A stretch of DNA of 64,000 bases, taken from IMG/VR virus record IMGVR_UViG_3300045988_119069; one strand, written 5' to 3'. The first letter of the stretch is position 1; the number at the start of each line of letters is the position of its first letter. Shown one piece after another: positions 28,586 through 36,884 of the stretch. This DNA comes from a virus. The notes under the pieces were generated by a model that did no database searches, was not told the DNA's origin, and was given only the letters and a program-made list of their open reading frames with translations. The position numbers and the translations under genes were made by a program.

Positions 28586-28885
28586 ATGATAGTTCTGATA
28601 GCTATAGCCACCATGATAGCCGCCACGCTCGCCCAACACCTCGGACTGGCCGAAGCCATTGCCCATGTTGTTGACAAGGTGGCATCATGCCCTCAGTGTT
28701 TCACTTTTTGGGTTACAATGTCGGCGTTGCTCTACCTCGGCTACGATGTCTACACATCGACGCTGGCGGCTATTGTGGTGGCATATCTGTCAAACTGGTT
28801 TGTGTTGTTGCTGCTTATTCTTCAACGTAAATTCACAAAGCTATATGAAAAAGAAAGACACACCACCGACCGCCTCGAACACTGA
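28586..28885 (+). CDS. small 3-TM membrane protein with a CPQC motif (holin-like architecture)
   Basis: 99 aa, three hydrophobic segments and a charged C-terminus. CxxC (SCPQCF) sits at the edge of TM2. Confidence 0.45.
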   Translation: MIVLIAIATMIAATLAQHLGLAEAIAHVVDKVASCPQCFTFWVTMSALLYLGYDVYTSTLAAIVVAYLSNWFVLLLLILQRKFTKLYEKERHTTDRLEH

Positions 28886-29017
28886 GGCAAAGGCAGAAAG
28901 CAAGCCCGAAGCGCAGACCTTCTATCCTATATTGCATGTCTCTGTGCAAAAAAGCCTGATTGTCCCACATTTTCGGGGCATTTGCCCTACATGTTAAACA
29001 TATAAAACTCAAACAAA

Positions 29018-29521
29018 ATGAATTACAAACAGATGATTGAACAGGCTCGTGCCAATGGTATGGCTACCGAGAAGAAGATGTGGGCAGCGGTAGAAACTCT
29101 TTCTACCGACCTCCTTGCGCTTGAGCAGACAGACCCTAAGCTCTACTGGCACATATTGCGCCGTCAGCACGCCGTTCTCTACGGACGGCACTATTCTGAG
29201 AAGATGGCTAACCACGATGTGAACGCTCTTGTCTATAGCGGCATGTACGATGAAGAGGGTATGCCAACCGGCGGCGGCGCACATTGGACCCGTATCAAGG
29301 TAGACGAGCTGACTAAGGGCATGAAGTTTCACGCCAATGTCAACGCATGGGACAAATACGTCGCCTTCAACTCTATGTATGCCGACCTTTGTGCTTGCAT
29401 GAGCGAGGAAGAGATAATCAAAGCCGCCTACGCTTTCTACTTTTGCGATGACGACTGGCAGCCATGCGAAGATGATTGCACTAAGGTATGGGACTATAAC
29501 GCCCTACACGCCACCCTCTAA
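29018..29521 (+). CDS. hypothetical protein (167 aa)
   Basis: ORF track. Confidence 0.4.
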   Translation: MNYKQMIEQARANGMATEKKMWAAVETLSTDLLALEQTDPKLYWHILRRQHAVLYGRHYSEKMANHDVNALVYSGMYDEEGMPTGGGAHWTRIKVDELTKGMKFHANVNAWDKYVAFNSMYADLCACMSEEEIIKAAYAFYFCDDDWQPCEDDCTKVWDYNALHATL

Positions 29522-29654
29522 CACTTGGCTTTTACATTTGTTTTTAAGCCAATGGAAAACTCGAAATTAACAGAAAATTTGCACTCTTTTCTGTTTCTTT
29601 TGTGTATTCTGTTGGCTTATATTTTTTTCGTGCAAATAGCAAAATTCGTTGTCC

Positions 29655-29714
29655 CCTCCCCGTCGTTGTCCGCTTTTGATGTCCGCCCCACCAAAATAAC
29701 TTTCCCTATCTTTG
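29655..29714 (+). promoter_or_regulatory. candidate promoter: C-rich upstream element plus TATCTTTG -7 box
   Basis: cctccccg (29655-29662), gtccgc (29668 and 29681) and tatctttg (29707-29714), 32 nt before ATG 29746. Confidence 0.5.
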
Positions 29715-29745
29715 TCCTCGGAAAGTTTAATTAATTTATTGTTTT

Positions 29746-30831
29746 ATGTTCAACACACCCGATACCCGCAGCATCGACCTGCGTATGCCCCGTTCGTGGA
29801 ACGAGTGCACCACCGAGCAGCTTGAGCTAATCTCCCGCGTCATGCTTGAGCAGATACAGCGCGTGGACCGCTATCATCCCTTTGACATGCGCAACGTGAA
29901 GATAGCTTGTTTCTTCCTGCTTGCCGAAGTAGATATAGTGAAAGGTCCTGACGAGTCGCTGCCAATCGAAGACCAGTACTATCTGTGCCGGATGGCATCC
30001 GACCGTCCGCGCCGCATCCGTCTGCCCCGCAAGAGCGATGACGAGAAGGTTTTCCCTATTTATCTCTGGCAGCTCAACTATTGGCTTACGGCCAAGTCCA
30101 AGACCGACGACCGCAACTCGCCCGAATACATTGCTGCAGGAGCCGGCACACTCGACTGGATGGATAGCGAGAAGGACAGTCCGCTCACACGTTTCCCCTA
30201 CCCCACGCTTCGCCTACGCAATCCGCAGCACTGGTTACGCAAGCGCACCGAGTTCTCTGGTCCGGCGCAGGATATGGACGGCTTCTCTTGGCAGCAATAC
30301 CGCTTTGCCTCCGACCTCATGGGGCAATACACCTCGCTCGACAACAATCTTATCAAGATGAAGAAGATGGGTAAGTTCACGGCCGAACAGATGCAGTTGC
30401 AAGCTGACAGCGTAGACCAGGCACGCTCCATGTTCCTCGCCACCATCTTCAACCAACGCATCCCCTACCTCGACCCGAACACCTCGCTGCGCACCGTAGA
30501 CTTCCATTACGACACCCGTCAGTTCAACGACAACGCAGCCTACTTTCGTCGCTTCCCCGACCACCAATGGCAACCCATCCTCTTCTGGTGGACCGGTATG
30601 ATGCACACCCTCTCACGGCGTTATCCTCATGTATTCAAGGTGCAGAAAATCGACCGCACACAGCGACCCTCCACCCCACTTGAGATATATACCGCCACCA
30701 TCGCCACCATGCAGAAATACGCCTCGCTCACCGAAGACCAGGTAAACAACCAGTCGTATTCGCTTGTATTGGAGCATCTGGAGCGACTCTCGAAGGAGAA
30801 TGAAGATATGGAGAAACTGCGGAAGAATTGA
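29746..30831 (+). CDS. hypothetical protein (361 aa)
   Basis: ORF track. Has its own promoter-like element. Confidence 0.45.
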   Translation: MFNTPDTRSIDLRMPRSWNECTTEQLELISRVMLEQIQRVDRYHPFDMRNVKIACFFLLAEVDIVKGPDESLPIEDQYYLCRMASDRPRRIRLPRKSDDEKVFPIYLWQLNYWLTAKSKTDDRNSPEYIAAGAGTLDWMDSEKDSPLTRFPYPTLRLRNPQHWLRKRTEFSGPAQDMDGFSWQQYRFASDLMGQYTSLDNNLIKMKKMGKFTAEQMQLQADSVDQARSMFLATIFNQRIPYLDPNTSLRTVDFHYDTRQFNDNAAYFRRFPDHQWQPILFWWTGMMHTLSRRYPHVFKVQKIDRTQRPSTPLEIYTATIATMQKYASLTEDQVNNQSYSLVLEHLERLSKENEDMEKLRKN

Positions 30832-30871
30832 TGACAATAACATTAACAAACATAACGGATTTATAGACATT

Positions 30872-31258
30872 ATGACAAAAGAAGACACAAGAAAACTCAT
30901 CGCTGTAATGCAGGCGTATGTGGACGGCAAGCAGATATAGTGCACGGATGACGAATCAGAAATTTGGATAGATGTAGAATCACCCGAATGGCATCCCAAC
31001 TACGACTACCGCGTAAAGCCTAATCTTACTTACAGACCTTTCCTTAACGCCCAGGAGTGTTGGCAGGAGATGCAGAGACATAAGCCGTTCGGATTGGTAA
31101 AATTCATCGGAACTTACTCTGCCGTCGTTGCTGTTAGCAATGTGGATGTGAGCGTGGCAACTGTGGATGGAGAGGTTGTCGTTTATCCATTCGTTGATGT
31201 AAAGGAAGACCACACCTTCGTTGACGGCACGCCTTTCGGCATCAAGGAGGAACGCTAA
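30872..31258 (+). CDS. hypothetical protein (128 codons) with one in-frame TAG
   Basis: ATG 30872 follows a TATAGACA box. MTKEDTRKLIAVMQAYVDGKQI, then TAG at 30938-30940, then CTDDESEIWIDVESPEWHPNYDYRVKP... in the same frame. There is no other plausible start before codon 67. Confidence 0.5.
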
Positions 31259-31267
31259 AGGTTTTCA

Positions 31268-31360
31268 CATCGGATTGACGGATTCAACGGATCTTTGTTT
31301 ATTATCGAATGACGCGAATGAGACAAACTGAAAAATTCGTAAAATCCGCGAAATCCGATG
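31268..31360. repeat. word-periodic intergenic hairpin (H4)
   Basis: catcggattgacggattcaacggat pairs with attcgtaaaatccgcgaaatccgatg. The left arm is almost identical to 47999-48025. Confidence 0.65.
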
Positions 31361-31398
31361 GCTATAATATTAACAATATAAATGGTTTATAGAGAACA

Positions 31399-31662
31399 AT
31401 GAAGATACATAAAGGAAGACAATACATCGTAACCGTCAATTGGGAATATGTTCATCAAATGTATATGCGTCAGGCTGGAGAGAAGAAGCCGCAGAGTGAG
31501 GTTGTTCGTGCAGTAATGAAAGATATAGACGATTTTCTTGAAGGCAAGACAAAGAGGATAGTCCGTTTAATCTTGCCCGACGGGTCTCCATCGTTCACCA
31601 TTACACCACTTGTGCGGCATAACCTGCAAGAACGACGAAAGGCGAAGCGAAGAAAGAGATAA
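31399..31662 (+). CDS. hypothetical protein (87 aa)
   Basis: ORF track. TATAGAGAAC box 2 nt before the ATG. Confidence 0.4.
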   Translation: MKIHKGRQYIVTVNWEYVHQMYMRQAGEKKPQSEVVRAVMKDIDDFLEGKTKRIVRLILPDGSPSFTITPLVRHNLQERRKAKRRKR

Positions 31663-31695
31663 ACGATGTGAGTATTAACGAAAATATAGAGAATC

Positions 31696-32079
31696 ATGGG
31701 AAGATATGCAACAAGGGCGATATTAAGGTATTATTGCGCCCAAGCCGGCATCACGCTCTACTCCCATCGGCTCGATGGTGTCTCCTATCAGTATTGTGCC
31801 GGAGGATATGTCGTGAATGGCTATTTGGGACGTAGCAAGTCATGGTCTGATTTGAAATATTGTATGCAGCAAAAACTTATCTTTTTGCTAAAGTATGGCT
31901 CTGATGACAATCCTACGATATACAGCGATGGAATAGTTATAGAGTGGCACAAAGAGCCGCACGCAATTCTGCCGTTAGCCCAACCTCTTATCGACAACAA
32001 CGGCATGAAGGTACGCACACTTTGGCCACCCGAATGTGACGAGGAATTACAGGATTACTACAATCTTCTTAAATCATAG
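31696..32079 (+). CDS. hypothetical protein (127 aa)
   Basis: ORF track. The 23-nt box agtattaacgaaaatatagagaa lies just upstream. Confidence 0.4.
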   Translation: MGRYATRAILRYYCAQAGITLYSHRLDGVSYQYCAGGYVVNGYLGRSKSWSDLKYCMQQKLIFLLKYGSDDNPTIYSDGIVIEWHKEPHAILPLAQPLIDNNGMKVRTLWPPECDEELQDYYNLLKS

Positions 32080-32116
32080 CAAGCGATAAAGTATTAACGA
32101 AAATATAGAGAACATT

Positions 32117-32608
32117 ATGAGAACATTCAAATTCAGAGGCAAGTGTACAGATCCTAAGTACGATGGCAAAACGGCATGTGGCTCGCTGCTTTCTTTCCCC
32201 AATGGAGAGACAAAGATTTTTGAGCACGACCACGACAAGACGTTCAACTATTTCGGTGTTGACCCCGCGACCGTCTGCCAGTTCACCGGTTTCCTTGATA
32301 AGAACGGCAAGGAGATTTATGAAGGCGACGTGTTGCGGTCAGACGAATATCCTTATAGCTGCATCGGAGATAAAAAGCGCGACAACTATTATGCCGTAGT
32401 TTATTACTGTGAGGAAGGAGCTTGCTTTGGCACTGTGACGGCCAAGAACCCCAGTTCTGACGTAGGAGGCATTTCAGACGGCATACTTGATGATGTAGAG
32501 CGAGAGAAAATGAAGACCTTCGAGGTTGTCGGCAATATCTATGACCCCGAATGGCGACAATATAGTGAGTATTTTCAAGAGGAAGATAAGGAGGAAAGCG
32601 ATGATTAA
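32117..32608 (+). CDS. YopX-family protein
   Basis: FRGK..., QFTGFLDKNGKEIYEGDVL and VVGNIYDPEW blocks typical of YopX. Confidence 0.55.
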   Translation: MRTFKFRGKCTDPKYDGKTACGSLLSFPNGETKIFEHDHDKTFNYFGVDPATVCQFTGFLDKNGKEIYEGDVLRSDEYPYSCIGDKKRDNYYAVVYYCEEGACFGTVTAKNPSSDVGGISDGILDDVEREKMKTFEVVGNIYDPEWRQYSEYFQEEDKEESDD

Positions 32609-33062
32609 ATCGGAAGATTTAAGAATAGGCGACATTGTAAGGGTAAGCCGTGATTGCATGTTTCCGAAAGACACGTTGTGCATCGTTACCGAAATCCATC
32701 CCGATCGACAGCATAAAGACAATAAGGGAGTTGTCAGTCTGAAGGCTGTCAACGACGACGATGACGGTCCCTGGGGTACATGGTGCTGCAACATCGATGG
32801 CGTGCCTGTCACGCCCGAAATACTTTGCAATAATGACTTTAAGGAAGAGGTCGAGGGCAAGTACTTCACAAGGCCAATCAAAGCCAGAGCAGGCAGCTCC
32901 CTTGCCAGATATTTGGTTGTAGAACGGAAAAAATACGCTTGGGCAATATTCATAAAGTATTACAACGTGACAGGCTATGCACTCTTATGTCATATAAAGT
33001 ACGTTCACGAACTACAGCTCGCCCTCAAGATAATGAAATTTAGTCCGGAAATTAAAGTATAG
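32601..33062 (+). CDS. hypothetical protein (153 aa)
   Basis: Same frame as ORF 32526-33062. ATG 32601 overlaps the upstream stop (ATGATTAA), which favours this start. Confidence 0.4.
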   Translation: MIKSEDLRIGDIVRVSRDCMFPKDTLCIVTEIHPDRQHKDNKGVVSLKAVNDDDDGPWGTWCCNIDGVPVTPEILCNNDFKEEVEGKYFTRPIKARAGSSLARYLVVERKKYAWAIFIKYYNVTGYALLCHIKYVHELQLALKIMKFSPEIKV

Positions 33063-33066
33063 CTCT

Positions 33067-33630
33067 ATGAAAGCAAAAAACAAGGTACTGCTTGACAGAT
33101 ACGACCTTTACTTTAGAGGTGTTTGGAAGAAACCCTACAACTATCCATCGCTGTTAGATATAGTACAGCGTCGCATAGGATGGAGGGCTGACGTACTTCG
33201 TTGTTGTGACAACTGGGAAGAGATTGTTTCTATTGACCGCAAAGCGCTTTCCAACTTTTGCGACCCGAAGGTGTTCCATTTCCCGAAAAAGCGGCGTGTG
33301 CCTCCTGAAGTTTTTGACCCGAGGTATTCGATGCAAAATGAATATCACATCGTAAGGAAGAAAAACAATCGGTATAAGATTGTTCTGAATAAGCCCAAAA
33401 GACGTTCCGTTGGAAGAACCTTGGTGGTAGATACAAAGAGAGGTTATATCCGTGAGATTGGCGACAAGGTGTGGTATCATCCAGATTGGATGGATTTCGG
33501 TTGTGAGACCTGTGCTGACTTCGGAACTTGTCGGTCTGGTTATCACGACAAGAGTTTTTGTATGGTGGCTGCAAAGTGTGGAATCGGTCGCTGTAACACA
33601 TGGCTGGAAGTAAGAGAAAACAATGACTGA
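33067..33630 (+). CDS. hypothetical Cys-rich protein (187 aa)
   Basis: ORF track. C-terminal CETCADFGTCRSGYHDKSFC cluster. Confidence 0.4.
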   Translation: MKAKNKVLLDRYDLYFRGVWKKPYNYPSLLDIVQRRIGWRADVLRCCDNWEEIVSIDRKALSNFCDPKVFHFPKKRRVPPEVFDPRYSMQNEYHIVRKKNNRYKIVLNKPKRRSVGRTLVVDTKRGYIREIGDKVWYHPDWMDFGCETCADFGTCRSGYHDKSFCMVAAKCGIGRCNTWLEVRENND

Positions 33631-33935
33631 CCCTCACTACAAGCGCGGCACCATCCGCAAGGATGGCAAGCTGTATGGCCGCTATCCCGACGGCTCGCTC
33701 TACCGCATCTACTCCACCGACCGACCGTTTCTTCAGTTGGTGGACCGAGAGGGCGAGACGTTCCTTCGCATACGCCAAGCCACCGAGCAGGGCTACACCG
33801 ACTGTCCCTGCCCTGGAGCCGCCGACCTAAGTTATCCGTCCTCGGCTCTAAGGCGCAGTCGCACAGTCGGGGGGTAAGCTCGTAAACGCGCTGACCGCTG
33901 CAAGTAGCGGAATCTGCGTTTTTGTTGAATTATAA
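33623..33935 (+). CDS. C5-MTase TRD-like cassette m0, frame broken at a G6 tract
   Basis: The ATGACTGA start overlaps the upstream stop. LRIRQATEQGY...SYPSSALRRSRTVGG stops at TAA 33875-33877. The +1 frame continues GKLVNALTAASSGICVFVEL to the stop at 33933-33935. The G6 tract is at 33869-33874. Confidence 0.45.
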
Positions 33936-33950
33936 AAGGAGAAATAAATT

Positions 33951-34322
33951 ATGATTATAACGAATGATTGGCGGCTCTGGCTCGCATCAATGTTGTTTAC
34001 GTTTGTCGTAACAATTTTGTTCATGGCTTACATTTGGTGGACAGAGCGAAAACCAAAGAAAGAGATAAAAAATGATAGAGAAATAGACTATCAGAATTGT
34101 GATGCGTATTTCTTGTGTGTGTTTACCAAAAGTGGTGGATGCGATTTGCACAGAGCCTCGGAGATCAAGCAGGTTGTTTCATCTGTGAATAAAGATTATA
34201 TCAACGTAATAACGGTCGATGGTGATGTAACGCATTATGAAAATGTCATATCGTATGAGTTCAAACACGTTTTAGATTTGTCCTTGTATAATTTGAATAC
34301 AGTAAAAAGAGTAGCTAAATAG
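33951..34322 (+). CDS. hypothetical membrane protein (123 aa)
   Basis: N-terminal TM WRLWLASMLFTFVVTILFMAYIWW. Confidence 0.4.
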   Translation: MIITNDWRLWLASMLFTFVVTILFMAYIWWTERKPKKEIKNDREIDYQNCDAYFLCVFTKSGGCDLHRASEIKQVVSSVNKDYINVITVDGDVTHYENVISYEFKHVLDLSLYNLNTVKRVAK

Positions 34323-34378
34323 GCTTGTAGAACATTTAATTAATAAAATTTATAAAAAGAGAAAAACGACTGCCCGAC

Positions 34379-34723
34379 GTGCTGTTAATGTCGGATAAAG
34401 CATCTACCTTAATGTCAAACTCAACCAAGGACGCTTGCATCTGCGTCGAATCTGACGAACAAAGTGTAAGTTTTAAGGACGAACCGTCGGAAGGTGTAAC
34501 GATGGATATTACAGCCGAGTATCGCAACATCGTTCAGTTGTGGCACCCTGCCACAGAAAAGCCTTATTGCATAGGTCAACTTCTCTGTTGGTGTCACGAC
34601 GGAAAATTCTTCGTACACAACCATTACAGCCATGACGATGAAAATTGGCATTTATTCATCAGCACTAACAACATAAAGCGTTATTGCTATATTTCCAATT
34701 TGGAACCCGAATGGTTCATTTGA
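34379..34723 (+). CDS. hypothetical protein (114 aa)
   Basis: ORF track. Confidence 0.35.
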   Translation: MLLMSDKASTLMSNSTKDACICVESDEQSVSFKDEPSEGVTMDITAEYRNIVQLWHPATEKPYCIGQLLCWCHDGKFFVHNHYSHDDENWHLFISTNNIKRYCYISNLEPEWFI

Positions 34724-34724
34724 T

Positions 34725-34856
34725 ATGACTGACATTAAGATTTCCGTGCATCCCGTTAGCCATCGGCTCGAATGGCGAGGATGGGGTGATTTCTCGCCCT
34801 CCCTTCGAGCCACCGACTACAAATGCCCACACTGTATAATGATTGAATATGACTAA
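34725..34856 (+). CDS. TRD-like mini-ORF m1 (43 aa)
   Basis: MTDIKISVHPVSHRLEWRGWGDFSPSLRATDYKCPHCIMIEYD. The next ATG lies 8 nt before its stop. Confidence 0.5.
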   Translation: MTDIKISVHPVSHRLEWRGWGDFSPSLRATDYKCPHCIMIEYD

Positions 34857-34980
34857 TCTTGACTTCTACCAATATCCTCGTGGCAATAACGATGGAGGTA
34901 AATTAGACACTGACGTTTGCCCGACCGTGACAATCAACTCGTGGCAGCAAAATGTATTTCTGATTGAAGAATATGAATAA
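34849..34980 (+). CDS. TRD-like mini-ORF m2 (43 aa)
   Basis: MTNLDFYQYPRGNNDGGKLDTDVCPTVTINSWQQNVFLIEEYE. Junction attgaagaatATGAATAA. Confidence 0.5.
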   Translation: MTNLDFYQYPRGNNDGGKLDTDVCPTVTINSWQQNVFLIEEYE

Positions 34981-35125
34981 CATCACAATAGACTACCACG
35001 CTCATGCTATATCGAGCATTTATTGGAATGTTTCGCCTGACTATAAAAGACCTCCGTTAGTAGGTATTAATAGATGTGTCAAGACCGATACTCATGCTCC
35101 TGGAATTTTGATAGAATACAAATAA
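34973..35125 (+). CDS. TRD-like mini-ORF m3 (50 aa)
   Basis: MNNITIDYHAHAISSIYWNVSPDYKRPPLVGINRCVKTDTHAPGILIEYK. Ends 10 nt before the MTase core ATG. Confidence 0.45.
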   Translation: MNNITIDYHAHAISSIYWNVSPDYKRPPLVGINRCVKTDTHAPGILIEYK

Positions 35126-35135
35126 CAGCAACAAT

Positions 35136-36461
35136 ATGATCACAAAACTAAATTTCACCGACCGCACCATCAAGAGCTATGCCATCCGCAAGCTCACACC
35201 CAAGGAGTGTTTTCGCTTGATGGGCGTTCGCGACAACGTAATCGGCACGATGCAGAGCAGCAATGCTCAAGCAGCCGAACGTCTGCCCGACTGGAAGGGC
35301 AAGGGTAAACCCGAAGACATGGCTATATCTGCCTCACAGCAGTACAAGCAAGCTGGAAACAGTATTTGTATAGATGTGTTAGCATATCTATATCAAAATC
35401 TTTTCTACCCCGCTCCACCCAAGCCTCGCCCCGGCAAGCAGCTCACTCTCTTCGACGCCCCCGAAGATACCCTGCCCGCCCTGCCGCCCACCGCCGACAA
35501 GAACGAAGAGAAGATATTCCTCACCACGTTCTCCGGCTACGACTCGCAGCTCATGGCAGCCGACGTGCTACGCGAGTGGCATCCCGACTTTCGATGGACA
35601 TGCGTAGGATGGAGCGACATCGACAAATACGCCTGTCAGATGCACAACCTCGTCTTCCCTCAGTTTGCCGACTGCGCCCTGGGCGACATCACCAAGATTG
35701 ACTGGCACGAGGTGGAAAGCTCGCTCGAAGGCCGCGAAGTGGACCTCTTCACCTATTCCTCGCCTTGCCAGGACATCAGTCAGGCGGGCAAGCAAATGGG
35801 CTTGCAGGAGGGCAGCGACACCCGAAGCGCACTGCTTTGGCGTGTGGCGGATGCCGTGGAGGTGCTTCGCCCGAAGTATCTCTTGCAGGAGAACGTGGCG
35901 GCACTGGTAAGCCAGAAGTTCTTGCCAGACTTTCAGAAGTGGCTCGACAAACTCTCGTCGCTCGGCTATGTGAGCCGTTGGACGCGACTCAACGCCAAGA
36001 ACTACGGTGTGCCCCAAAACCGCGACCGTGTGTTCTGCCTCTCCATGCGCCGAGACGTAGCCTTCGACTATCAGTTTCCCGAACCCTTCGAGCTGCTTAC
36101 CCGATTGGAAGACGTGCTCGAAGAGGAAGTGTCCGACCGCTATTTCCTCAAGGACGATGCCGTGAGCAAGTTCCTCAAGGCAAACGACTCTGACAATGCC
36201 TTATTCCTTCAATTCGACCTGCCACCGACACATGAGGCGGCAATGTTCCTCAAGACCGTGCTTCAGATATTCATGGAGCGTCACGACGGATGGGACAAGG
36301 GCATTGAGTGGAACGAGAAAGAACTGAGCTATCATCGCCCAGCCATCGCCCATCTCTACGAAAAGTTCAAGGAGAACCCAAAGAAACTGGACGTGGAATA
36401 TTGGCGCGGTTTTTATGGAATGTTTAAGGAGAATATGGAGAGGAAGAAGGATGAAAAATAA
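35136..36461 (+). CDS. C5-cytosine DNA methyltransferase core, circularly permuted (IX-X then I-VIII), no internal TRD
   Basis: Motif order along the ORF: IX RKLTPKECFRLMGV, X YKQAGNSICIDVL, Pro-rich linker, I FLTTFSGYDSQ, IV SSPCQDISQAGK, VI LLQENVAAL, VIII NAKNYGVPQNRDRVFCLS. Confidence 0.8.
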   Translation: MITKLNFTDRTIKSYAIRKLTPKECFRLMGVRDNVIGTMQSSNAQAAERLPDWKGKGKPEDMAISASQQYKQAGNSICIDVLAYLYQNLFYPAPPKPRPGKQLTLFDAPEDTLPALPPTADKNEEKIFLTTFSGYDSQLMAADVLREWHPDFRWTCVGWSDIDKYACQMHNLVFPQFADCALGDITKIDWHEVESSLEGREVDLFTYSSPCQDISQAGKQMGLQEGSDTRSALLWRVADAVEVLRPKYLLQENVAALVSQKFLPDFQKWLDKLSSLGYVSRWTRLNAKNYGVPQNRDRVFCLSMRRDVAFDYQFPEPFELLTRLEDVLEEEVSDRYFLKDDAVSKFLKANDSDNALFLQFDLPPTHEAAMFLKTVLQIFMERHDGWDKGIEWNEKELSYHRPAIAHLYEKFKENPKKLDVEYWRGFYGMFKENMERKKDEK

Positions 36462-36597
36462 ACCGTTTCATGCTATTCAAAATGGGGGGGGTACGATTGC
36501 ACCTGCAATCACCTCCCACTATTTCAAAGCCGGTGTGCGAGATTTCTTGTTTGCGCTCGCCATACCGCATTGCTGTTTAATAGTAGAATATGATTGA
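36451..36597 (+). CDS. TRD-like mini-ORF m4 (48 aa)
   Basis: MKNKPFHAIQNGGGTIAPAITSHYFKAGVRDFLFALAIPHCCLIVEYD. The ATG overlaps the core stop (ATGAAAAATAA). A G8 tract lies at 36484-36491. Confidence 0.5.
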   Translation: MKNKPFHAIQNGGGTIAPAITSHYFKAGVRDFLFALAIPHCCLIVEYD

Positions 36598-36727
36598 AAA
36601 GATTGGCAACATTTATTACGACAAGTGGAAGTCCGGTTTTGATGGCAACATCTGCGGCACTAAAGGAATATACCCCACCCTAACCTTGTCAACACAAACG
36701 GGGGAAGTACTGATTGAATATGCTTAG
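36590..36727 (+). CDS. TRD-like mini-ORF m5 (45 aa)
   Basis: MIEKIGNIYYDKWKSGFDGNICGTKGIYPTLTLSTQTGEVLIEYA. Confidence 0.5.
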   Translation: MIEKIGNIYYDKWKSGFDGNICGTKGIYPTLTLSTQTGEVLIEYA

Positions 36728-36872
36728 CAACCCTCGTCCCCTCGTCCTCGGCTCCTACAGCCCCTCGCAGAACGGCATCATCGTGTCACCACACGGCATA
36801 GCCCTGTGCATAGTCGGGGGAGGTAAGGGTCACGACGTGGATAAACCGAAAATATTGATAGAGTATGATTAA
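36720..36872 (+). CDS. TRD-like mini-ORF m6 (50 aa)
   Basis: MLSNPRPLVLGSYSPSQNGIIVSPHGIALCIVGGGKGHDVDKPKILIEYD. Confidence 0.5.
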   Translation: MLSNPRPLVLGSYSPSQNGIIVSPHGIALCIVGGGKGHDVDKPKILIEYD

Positions 36873-36884
36873 AGACAATCTCCT

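Noticed and set aside
29525-29734. ORF 29525-29734 (69 aa) as a gene.
   Set aside because: It overlaps the composite promoter and a TTTGCACTCTT repeat copy. The peptide is hydrophobic and low complexity, with a non-ATG start.
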